From the NCBI GenBank assembly GCA_035627155.1, contig DASPMF010000173.1, positions 1 to 45,704 of the forward strand: DNA of 45,704 nucleotides, read 5' to 3'. Shown here in pieces: positions 1 to 7,087 of this stretch; within the stretch, counting starts at the first letter, position 1, and the number at the start of each line of letters is the position of its first letter. The stretch is from Burkholderiales bacterium (GTDB taxonomy: Bacteria > Pseudomonadota > Gammaproteobacteria > Burkholderiales > SG8-39). Below the pieces are notes generated by a model. It saw nothing but the letters and a program-made list of their open reading frames with translations, did no database searches and was not told the DNA's origin. The position numbers and the translations under genes were made by a program.

Positions 1-825
1 GAGCGCCTGAAGCGGGAGAGCGTCACCGGCCTGCCGCTCGTGCCTACGATCGCGGCCGTCCTGCTGCAGCTCAAGGACCTCGCGCCCGGCACGTTTCCGA
101 AGCTGCGCTACATCACGAACACGGCGGCCGCGCTGCCGCCCGCGCACATCGCGCGGCTGCAGGAGCTCTTCCCGGCCACGCGCATCTTCTCGATGTACGG
201 CCTCACGGAATGCAAGCGCTGCACCTATCTTCCGCCCGAGCAGCTCGCGGCGCGGCCGGGCTCCGTCGGCATTGCGATCCCGGGCACCGAAGCCTACGTG
301 GTGGACGAGAGCGGTCGCAAGGCCGCGCCCGGCGTGGTCGGCGAGCTCGTGATCCGCGGTGCGCACGTGATGAAGGGCTACTGGGGCGACCCGCAGGCGA
401 CGGACAGGGCGTTGCGTCCGGGGCCGTTCCCCTGGGAGAAGGTGCTGTACACCGGCGATCTCTTCCGTGCGGACGACGAGGGCTATCTCTACTTCGTCGC
501 GCGCAAGGACGACATCATCAAGAGCCGCGGCGAGAAAGTCAGCCCGAAGGAAGTGGAAAGCGTCCTGTACGAGATGCCGGGGATCCGCGAGGCGGCGGTC
601 ATCGGCGTGCCCGACCCGATCCTCGGCATGGCGATCCGCGCGGTCGTCGCCGCCGACCCGCAGGCCAACCTGACCGAGCGCGACGTGATCCGCCATTGCG
701 CGCAGCGACTGGAGGACTTCATGGTGCCGAAGAGCGTGGTATTCCGCGAAGCGCTGCCGAAATCGCCTAACGGCAAGATCAGCCGCAGCAGGGTCGCCGA
801 GGAAGTCCGCGAGGAGGCCTCGTGA
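1..825 (+). CDS. AMP-dependent acyl-CoA ligase/synthetase, C-terminal ~275 aa (5' end outside window)
   Basis: Frame 1 is open from base 1 and continuous with ORF-track 40..825. Adenylate-forming enzyme motifs are visible (YGLTE, YTGDL, KSRGEKVSPKEVE, PKSPNGKI). GC3 is high. Stop TGA 823-825 overlaps the next start (GTGA). Confidence 0.85.
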   Translation, partial: ERLKRESVTGLPLVPTIAAVLLQLKDLAPGTFPKLRYITNTAAALPPAHIARLQELFPATRIFSMYGLTECKRCTYLPPEQLAARPGSVGIAIPGTEAYVVDESGRKAAPGVVGELVIRGAHVMKGYWGDPQATDRALRPGPFPWEKVLYTGDLFRADDEGYLYFVARKDDIIKSRGEKVSPKEVESVLYEMPGIREAAVIGVPDPILGMAIRAVVAADPQANLTERDVIRHCAQRLEDFMVPKSVVFREALPKSPNGKISRSRVAEEVREEAS

Positions 826-1787
826 GCGCCGCCTTCGACCTGGCGGCCCTGCAGATCGATGCGGCGCGGGTCACGGCGCAGATCGCCGAAGCCCTGCGCC
901 GCCAGGTGCTGAAGGACCTGCGCCGCCGCGGCATCGTGGTGGGCCTTTCCGGGGGCGTGGACAGCAGCGTCGTCGCCGCGCTCGCGGTGCGCGCGCTCGG
1001 GCCGAAGAAGGTGCTCGGGGTGATGATGCCGGAGCAGGACAACGATCCCGACAGCCTGCGCCTGGGTCGCCTCGTCGCCGCGCAGCTTCGCATCGAGAGC
1101 GTGGTCGAGGACATCACCCCCATCCTCGCCGGGGCGGGGTGCTACCGGCGCCGCGACGAGTACATCCGCCGCATCTTCCCGGAGTACGGCCCGGGCTACC
1201 GGTGCAAGATCGCCGTGCGCAAGGCCGGCAACTACAACGTCTCCTACCTCGTCATCCGGTCCCCGGACGGCGTGCAGAAGGAAGCGCGCATGCCGATCGA
1301 CGCGTACCTGGGCATCGTCGCGGCGACGAGCATGAAGCAGCGCACCCGCAAGCAGATCGAGTACTACCACGCCGACCGCCTCAACTATGCGGTGGCCGGC
1401 ACGCCGAACCGCCTCGAATACGACCAGGGCTTTTTCGTCAAGAACGGCGACGGCTCGGCGGACGTGAAGCCGATCGCGCACCTCTACAAGTCGCAGGTCT
1501 ACCAGCTCGCCGACCACCTCGGCGTACCGGAAGAGATCCGCAGCCGCCCGCCCACCACGGACACGTACTCGCTCGCGCAGACGCAGGAGGAGTTCTACTT
1601 CGGCATTCCGCTGCGCCAGCTCGACCTTTGCGTCTATGCGCTCGACCACGGCGTTCCCGCCGCGGAGCTTGCAGCGGTCGTGGGGTTGACCGTGGAACAG
1701 GTGGAGGAGGTTTATCGCGACATCGCGGGCAAGCGCCTGTCCACGCGCTACCAGCACGAGCCCCCGATGCTGGTGGAAAGCCTGTGA
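822..1787 (+). CDS. NAD+ synthetase-like PP-loop ATP pyrophosphatase (NadE family)
   Basis: PP-loop GLSGGVDSSVVAAL, followed by GDGSADVKPIAHLYKSQVYQLADHLGVP, which is typical of NH3-dependent NAD synthetases. The GTG start overlaps the upstream stop. Confidence 0.8.
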   Translation: MSAAFDLAALQIDAARVTAQIAEALRRQVLKDLRRRGIVVGLSGGVDSSVVAALAVRALGPKKVLGVMMPEQDNDPDSLRLGRLVAAQLRIESVVEDITPILAGAGCYRRRDEYIRRIFPEYGPGYRCKIAVRKAGNYNVSYLVIRSPDGVQKEARMPIDAYLGIVAATSMKQRTRKQIEYYHADRLNYAVAGTPNRLEYDQGFFVKNGDGSADVKPIAHLYKSQVYQLADHLGVPEEIRSRPPTTDTYSLAQTQEEFYFGIPLRQLDLCVYALDHGVPAAELAAVVGLTVEQVEEVYRDIAGKRLSTRYQHEPPMLVESL

Positions 1788-2512
1788 GCGAGCACGCCGC
1801 CGCGGCGCGCGCGCGGGCCGCCTGGCAGCCCGCGCAAGATGTGCGGGCGGATGCGCAGCCGCAGGCCCTCCACATGCACCATACCCCGTGGTGGCGCCAC
1901 ATCCGGCGGGACTTTGAGCGCTACCGCGCAACCGGCGATTCGTTCGGCACCATCCTGCTCTCGCAGGGGTTCTGGGCGAGCAGCGTGTACCGCATCTCCC
2001 GCGCCGCGGTGAACGGAGCGCGCCCGCGTTTCCTGCGCCGGCCCCTGCGCGTGCTCGCGGTGCTCGCGCAGAAGATCATGGAGATCGTCACCGGGATCTG
2101 CATTCCGGCGCAGTGCGAGATCGGCGAGGCGCTCTACATCGGGCACTACGGCGGCATCATCCTTCCGCGCCACGGGCGCATCGGCCACAACTGCAGCTTC
2201 GCCCAGAACTCGACCATCGGCGTCGCCGGGACCGGCGAGAACCGTGGTGCGCCGACCATCGGCAACCGCGTGTTCGTCGGCGCGCATTCCGTCGTCGTGG
2301 GCAAGATCACCATCGGCGAGGACGCGATGATCTGCGCCGGCTCCGTGGTGACGCGCTCGGTGCCGCCCCGCGCGGTGGTGATGGGCAACCCGGCCCGCGT
2401 GGTCTCGTACGAGGGCAGCTTCGACCACGTCTGCTATCCGGGCAGGGAGCTCGACCTGGACCGCCTCGCGTCCCTGGAGCTCGCCCGCGCGGCCGGCCGC
2501 CGCAGCCCCTGA
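1784..2512 (+). CDS. Hexapeptide-repeat acyltransferase, serine O-acetyltransferase (CysE/EpsC)-like
   Basis: Left-handed beta-helix repeats (IGHNCSFAQNSTIG, IGNRVFVGAHSVVVGKITIGEDAMICAGSVV). An in-frame GTG at 1784 overlaps the nadE-like stop (GTGA). The part of ORF-track 1139..2512 upstream of 1784 is a shadow over the previous gene. The alternative ATG near 1874 cannot be excluded. Confidence 0.75.
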   Translation: MSEHAAAARARAAWQPAQDVRADAQPQALHMHHTPWWRHIRRDFERYRATGDSFGTILLSQGFWASSVYRISRAAVNGARPRFLRRPLRVLAVLAQKIMEIVTGICIPAQCEIGEALYIGHYGGIILPRHGRIGHNCSFAQNSTIGVAGTGENRGAPTIGNRVFVGAHSVVVGKITIGEDAMICAGSVVTRSVPPRAVVMGNPARVVSYEGSFDHVCYPGRELDLDRLASLELARAAGRRSP

Positions 2513-2622
2513 TCGCCTGCCCTGGTCCGGACGGCGCAGGCCGCCCGGCGCCACCGGACTAGCCCCAACGGCCCGGCGCGTCACGCGCGCGCGGGAACAT
2601 CGCCTGCAACGGGTGCGAATGG

Positions 2623-3021
2623 ATGAGCAGGCTGGCAAGCGGTGTAGTGACCTTCCTTAGCACGGTGGTGCTCGGATGGCCGTCGCTCTCTGGCGCGCAG
2701 ATGTACCGCCCCGAGCACGCCATCGTCGACGGACCCCTCGCGAACCTGCCGCTGTCGCGCGATGCGGTGGAGGCCGTGAACGCCGAGCTCAACGAGGACT
2801 TGCGCGCGCTCGGCGCGTTCGGCGGCGGCAAGCGCGGCATCGACCGCTTTCCGCGCCATGGGGAGGCGGCGAGCGGCTGGAAGGTCTACGGGCGGTTCTA
2901 CCTCTTCAACTTTAAGAACGAAATCGAGGACGAGGGCGGCACGAGCATCAGCTGGCGCAAGTTCGGGCCGAAGATCGGCGGCGCGCGCATCTACGTCGGA
3001 TTCCACCGTCAGCTCGACTAG
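2623..3021 (+). CDS. Hypothetical secreted protein (132 aa)
   Basis: N-terminal hydrophobic signal-like segment (VVTFLSTVVLGWPSLSGAQ). GC3 is strongly biased throughout. I recognise no family. Confidence 0.55.
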   Translation: MSRLASGVVTFLSTVVLGWPSLSGAQMYRPEHAIVDGPLANLPLSRDAVEAVNAELNEDLRALGAFGGGKRGIDRFPRHGEAASGWKVYGRFYLFNFKNEIEDEGGTSISWRKFGPKIGGARIYVGFHRQLD

Positions 3022-3752
3022 CGGCGGCGGTACTTTTGCAGGAACTCCGCGGCCCAGGGGCGCGCGGCAAGCAGCAGCGTGACGGGGGTTCGCTCGGATG
3101 CGGGCAACGCCGCATCCTCGCTGCGCAGTGCCGAGAACTCGGCCGCGGCCTTGCGCAGCCGCGCGAGAAGCGCGGCGAGCGAGGCCCGCGAAAGCGCGCC
3201 GTTCGCCAGCACCATGAGCTCGCTCTCCTTCTCGAAGCGCGAGCGGAAGAAATCCGCCGCGAAATGCTCCTTGAACAGGCGCTGGATCGGCCCGTCGGGG
3301 ATCCACGAGAACGCCCGGCTGACGAGCAGGCGGATGCGGTTTCCCGGCAGCAGCTCGATGAACTTCAGCCGGTCGAGGCGGGCGAGGAGCGTGACGCACT
3401 CGGCCTCGGAGAGGGCGTAGCGGCGCACGATGTCCTCGAAGCGCCAGTGGTTCAGCGTGCACAGCGCGACCAGCATGAGCTTCGGGTTGTCCACGAGCTC
3501 CTTCTCCTGCTCGTAGGTCAGGCGCGACAGGACCGCCTCGCGCGGCGCGCTTGCGCGCACGAGCTCGGGAAGCTCCATGCCCGCCAGGGCGCAGATCGCA
3601 TCGAGCCGCGAAAGCGTGAAGTCGCGCCGCGCGAACATGCGCTTCACGCTCGCCTCGCTCATCTTCAGTGCGCTCGCCACCGCCGCGTAGGTGATGCCGC
3701 GGCCCTTCAGCTCCCGCTTGAGCGCCTCGACCAGCTCCGAGCTGCCTCCCAT
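3018..3752 (-). CDS. XRE-family helix-turn-helix transcriptional regulator with an uncharacterised C-terminal domain
   Basis: N-terminal Cro/C1-type HTH (ITYAAVASALKMSEASVKRMFARRDFTLSRLDAI). A purine-rich RBS (GAAGGGGGG) lies upstream of the ATG at 3752. The gene starts 25 nt downstream of the EAL gene on the same strand. Confidence 0.75.
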   Translation of the reverse strand: MGGSSELVEALKRELKGRGITYAAVASALKMSEASVKRMFARRDFTLSRLDAICALAGMELPELVRASAPREAVLSRLTYEQEKELVDNPKLMLVALCTLNHWRFEDIVRRYALSEAECVTLLARLDRLKFIELLPGNRIRLLVSRAFSWIPDGPIQRLFKEHFAADFFRSRFEKESELMVLANGALSRASLAALLARLRKAAAEFSALRSEDAALPASERTPVTLLLAARPWAAEFLQKYRRR

Positions 3753-3777
3753 GCGCTGCCCCCCTTCGTCATCTTCG

Positions 3778-4563
3778 CTACCCGGCGACCGAATCGATCG
3801 GATGCGGCCGGTAGACGCCGAACCCCTGCACGTAACCGACGCCGAGCGCCTTCAGGCGCAGGAGGATGTCCTGTTCCTCGACGCATTCGGCGATCACCTC
3901 CACGCCGAGGGCTTCGGCGACCTTCACGACCGCCTGCAGCTTCCTCGCGGCCGTTTCGCTCGCCAGCACGCGCCGGGTGATCGACCCGTCCACCTTGATG
4001 AAGCGCGGCACGAGCGCCTTCAGCGGCGCGAAGGACGCGGCGCGGCGGCCGAAGCCGTCGGCCATGGTCTGGACGCCGATAGTGCGCAGCGCGGTGGAAA
4101 AGTCCCGCACCACGTCGGGCTTGGCGAGGAGGTCCGACTCGTCCACCTCGAAGAGCAGGGACTTGGGCGGCACGCGCGCGTCCATGAGCTCGCCCGCGAC
4201 GAACTTGGGAAACGCCGCATCGGCGAGCGTCTGGCCCGACAGGTTGACGGAGAACCCGGGCACTTTCGAGCCGCGCGCCAGGCGCTTCACGACCGACCGG
4301 ACGACCCACCGGTCTAGCTCGGGCATCATGCCGTAGTGCTCGAAGACCGGCAGGAATTCGCCCGGTGGCAGCATCGCGGATTCTTCCTCGCGCAGGCGCA
4401 CCAGCACCTCGGCGATCGGGTGCGTGGCCGGTCCCTGAAGCGCCCGGATGGGCTGGCAGTAGAGGACCAGCTCGTCCTTGGAGAGGGCATTGCGCAACCT
4501 CGCCTGCGGGTCGTCCCAGCCGGCGAGCACGTTGCCCAGTTCATCGAGAAGCTCGTCATTCAT
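3778..4563 (-). CDS. EAL-domain protein (putative c-di-GMP phosphodiesterase), stand-alone
   Basis: EAL-family landmarks are present: EVLVR (EAL variant), SVNLS, FEVDE, ADGFG, KVDGS, ECVE and QGF. Confidence 0.85.
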   Translation of the reverse strand: MNDELLDELGNVLAGWDDPQARLRNALSKDELVLYCQPIRALQGPATHPIAEVLVRLREEESAMLPPGEFLPVFEHYGMMPELDRWVVRSVVKRLARGSKVPGFSVNLSGQTLADAAFPKFVAGELMDARVPPKSLLFEVDESDLLAKPDVVRDFSTALRTIGVQTMADGFGRRAASFAPLKALVPRFIKVDGSITRRVLASETAARKLQAVVKVAEALGVEVIAECVEEQDILLRLKALGVGYVQGFGVYRPHPIDSVAG

Positions 4564-4599
4564 CGGTGCGTGCGAATCTTCGCACGGACCGCGGGGCGC

Positions 4600-4962
4600 T
4601 TACCGAACCAGGGCGTGCAGGACGTCCTGCAGGCTGTCGAGGCTGAAGGGCTTGCGCAGGACGGCGTCGGCGCCGATGTCCGGCGCGACTTTGAGATAAT
4701 CGCGCGTCGCGACCGCGCCGCCGCCCGACATCGCGACGATCTTCATCGCCGGCCACTCGCGCCGGAACGCCTCGATGGTCTCGATGCCGTCCGTGCCAGG
4801 CATGAAGATGTCCGTAATCAGGATTTGCGCCGGCCGGGTGCGCTGGATGCCCAGCGCCTGCTGCCCGTCGCGTGCGCCCTCTGCGTCGAAGCCGATCTGG
4901 GCGAGCAGCATGCGCAGCGAGTCGCGCATGTCCGCGTTGTCGTCGACGACGAGGACTCTCAT
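4600..4962 (-). CDS. Single-domain response regulator (CheY-like receiver)
   Basis: MRVLVVDDNADMR...ILITDIFMPGTDG...LRKPF carries the receiver acidic pocket, the phospho-Asp context and the conserved Lys. The start overlaps the upstream stop (ATGA). Confidence 0.85.
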   Translation of the reverse strand: MRVLVVDDNADMRDSLRMLLAQIGFDAEGARDGQQALGIQRTRPAQILITDIFMPGTDGIETIEAFRREWPAMKIVAMSGGGAVATRDYLKVAPDIGADAVLRKPFSLDSLQDVLHALVR

Positions 4963-5258
4963 TGCGCCGGCGCGGCGGCGTGCTCTGCGGCGCGGTCCAG
5001 ATCGGCTAGCACCTCGGCCTGCCGCGCCCGCGGGTTGGCGCAGATCTCCCAGCTGTAGTGGGTCGGCGCGGCGCCGCAGCCCCCGGGACCCTGCTCGAGA
5101 TGCCCGGTGAGCCGGGCGCGCAGCGTGTCATCGCCGCCGCTCGCATGGCCGACGTGCAGCAGCGTATCGCCGTCCCAGAGGGCGTACACGCCCGCGGTGT
5201 CCGGGGCATCCGCCACCATGGAGGGCTTGAAGGCCCACTTGCGGCCCAGCTTCTTCAT
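4959..5258 (-). CDS. Hypothetical 99-aa protein with a GIY-YIG-like N-terminal motif
   Basis: GVYALWDGDTLLHVGHASGGDDTLRARLTGHL resembles the GIY..YIG..R half of GIY-YIG domains. GC3 is high. The gene is translationally coupled to the receiver gene. Confidence 0.5.
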   Translation of the reverse strand: MKKLGRKWAFKPSMVADAPDTAGVYALWDGDTLLHVGHASGGDDTLRARLTGHLEQGPGGCGAAPTHYSWEICANPRARQAEVLADLDRAAEHAAAPAQ

Positions 5259-5348
5259 CTGCGCCTTGCTATGGTTCCGACGTGCCGAATTCTGCGCTGC
5301 CGTCCACCGGCGGAAAATCGCCGTACCTCGATTCTGTAGTGGTCCGCT

Positions 5349-5365
5349 TTCGACATTTTGTCGAA
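5349..5365. promoter_or_regulatory. Perfect 7-3-7 palindrome TTCGACA-TTT-TGTCGAA (candidate operator)
   Basis: Read directly in the 152-bp divergent intergenic region between 5258 (minus-strand operon start) and 5411 (M48 start). A partial third half-site, CCGACAG, lies just downstream. Confidence 0.3.
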
Positions 5366-5410
5366 CGCTTCCGACAGCCTGTCCCCGTTTCCCCGTAGAA
5401 GGAATCCGAC

Positions 5411-6193
5411 ATGCTCCGGCTCATCATCGCGGCAGTCATCGCCCTCGTCGCGCTCTTCGGCTATTTCAGCCGGACGAGCGTCAACCCCCTGACCGGCGAG
5501 ACGCAGCGCGTCGCGCTCAGTCCGGAGCAGGAGATCGCCCTCGGCGCCAGGAGCGCTCCCGAAATGGCGGCACAGATGGGCGGGCTGTCGCGCGACGCGC
5601 GCGCCGCGGCTCTGGTGCAGCGCGTGGGCCGGCGGCTCGTCTCGCAGAGCATCGCGGCAAAGAGCCCGTACCAGTACAGCTTCCACCTGCTTGCGGATCA
5701 ACGGACGGTCAACGCCTTCGCGCTGCCGGGGGGGCCGATCTTCATTACCGAAGGGCTCCTGCGCCTGCTGAAGACCGAAGGCGAGCTCGCGGCGGTGCTC
5801 GGCCACGAGATCGGCCACGTCATCGCGCGCCATTCCTCCGAGCGCCTCGCGAAGCAGCAGCTCACGCAGGGCCTGGTGGGCGCGCTCGTCGTCGGCAGCG
5901 GCGACTATACGGCCGCGCAGGTCGGCCAGATGGTCGGTGGCATGATCAACATGCGCTACGGCCGCGAGGACGAGATCGAGTCGGATGCGCTCGGCATCCG
6001 CATCGCCGCGGAAGCCGGCTACGACCCGCGCGCGATGGTGCGCGTGATGGAAGTGCTCGCGAAGGCTTCCGGCGGCTCACGCCAGCCGGAGTTCTTCTCC
6101 ACGCATCCGGCGCCCGAGAACCGCGCGCAGCGCATCCGGGAGGAAATCGAGAAGCGCTTTCCCGGCGGCCCGGGCCCCGCGGCGACGCCGTGA
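5411..6193 (+). CDS. M48-family zinc metallopeptidase with N-terminal membrane anchor
   Basis: HEIGH zinc motif (LGHEIGHVIARH), N-terminal TM segment (LRLIIAAVIALVALFGYF), RBS GAAGGAA. Confidence 0.85.
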   Translation: MLRLIIAAVIALVALFGYFSRTSVNPLTGETQRVALSPEQEIALGARSAPEMAAQMGGLSRDARAAALVQRVGRRLVSQSIAAKSPYQYSFHLLADQRTVNAFALPGGPIFITEGLLRLLKTEGELAAVLGHEIGHVIARHSSERLAKQQLTQGLVGALVVGSGDYTAAQVGQMVGGMINMRYGREDEIESDALGIRIAAEAGYDPRAMVRVMEVLAKASGGSRQPEFFSTHPAPENRAQRIREEIEKRFPGGPGPAATP

Positions 6194-6211
6194 AGCTACC
6201 GGCCTTGAGCG

Positions 6212-7087
6212 CTACCGGCCCGAGTGGTCGATCTCGATCGGCTGCTCGAACGCGGCGTAGCGACCCTTGCCGACCTCCTGCAGGAAATTCGACCCGTACT
6301 TCATGTCTTGGCGGAACACCTTGTTTGCGGAGGCGCTGTCGGCGCGCGCGCGCTGGTCCGCGACGCGCAGGACGAGCTGCTCCCGCCCGGTGTTTCCGGT
6401 GAACTGGAAGAACTGATCGGGCGCGAAGGGGAGGAGGACCTCCTTCGACTTCGGCACGAGCGCCACGAGGTCGGCCCGCGGCGGATAGATCTGGCGGCGC
6501 TCGCCCCGGGGGTTGATGTTGTCGATGCTCATCGCGCCGCCGAAGGTGGACACCAGCCGCAGCTTGAAGCGCTCGCCGGTGCGAAAGCCTTCGCTCACCG
6601 GCCGGAACCGGACCGTCCCGTCGCCCTGGTCCACCATGATCGCGACGTGGATGCCCTCGTAGTTCGCCTGGTCGCCGTCGACCTGGAGCGGCTTGTCCGG
6701 GGCGCCCACGACCACCTCCGCGGGCGGGCCCTGGCGCACGGAGACCGGCTCGGTGCCCGCGTCGCGCGATGCGAATTCGACGCCCGCGTCCCGCGGCATC
6801 AGCACGCTGATGCGTTCGGCAAGCCCGAGGGCGCCGCCGCTCAGCTTGGGCGTGAGCCACTTGATGAAGATGTCGAAGACCTGCGAGGAGAGTTTCGACA
6901 CCGCGTACTGGATGAGGAGGCCCCAGATGAACTTCTCCTGGACTTCCTCATCGCCCTCCTTGGCCGCTGCGGAGGGTGCAAGCTGCTTCGCAGGCTGCGC
7001 CCATCCGGCGCCGGGGAGCGAAGGCACCAGCGTAGCGGCGAGGACGAGGGTGATCCGGCGGGCGATCCAGCTGCTGGGGCGGATCAT
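6212..7087 (-). CDS. Secreted hypothetical protein with a DUF4384-like C-terminal domain
   Basis: Signal peptide (ITLVLAATLVPSLPGAGWA). An amphipathic hydrophobic stretch follows (FIWGLLIQYAVSKLSSQVFDIFIKWL). The C-terminal beta-rich region (ERFKLRLVSTFGGAMSIDNINPRGERRQIYPP...LLPF...FQFTGNTGREQLVLRV) resembles the C-terminus of the adjacent caspase protein. ATG 7087 overlaps the caspase stop (ATGA). The upstream part of ORF-track 6212..8533 is a shadow. Confidence 0.65.
   Translation of the reverse strand: MIRPSSWIARRITLVLAATLVPSLPGAGWAQPAKQLAPSAAAKEGDEEVQEKFIWGLLIQYAVSKLSSQVFDIFIKWLTPKLSGGALGLAERISVLMPRDAGVEFASRDAGTEPVSVRQGPPAEVVVGAPDKPLQVDGDQANYEGIHVAIMVDQGDGTVRFRPVSEGFRTGERFKLRLVSTFGGAMSIDNINPRGERRQIYPPRADLVALVPKSKEVLLPFAPDQFFQFTGNTGREQLVLRVADQRARADSASANKVFRQDMKYGSNFLQEVGKGRYAAFEQPIEIDHSGR

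Noticed and set aside
489-1931. 480-aa minus-strand ORF and other long antisense ORFs (1748..2638, 12846..14510, 20195..21559, 35638..36630, 36917..37972).
   Set aside because: They are antisense to genes with clear family motifs. Their composition is typical of GC-rich non-coding frames.
6212-7087. The possibility that the caspase-adjacent gene is a bacterial gasdermin (a protease-activated pore former).
   Set aside because: It has a cleavable signal peptide and a DUF4384-like beta domain shared with the protease. It lies downstream rather than upstream of the protease and lacks the N-terminal Cys context of bacterial gasdermins. I kept it only as a generic 'partner/substrate' hypothesis.
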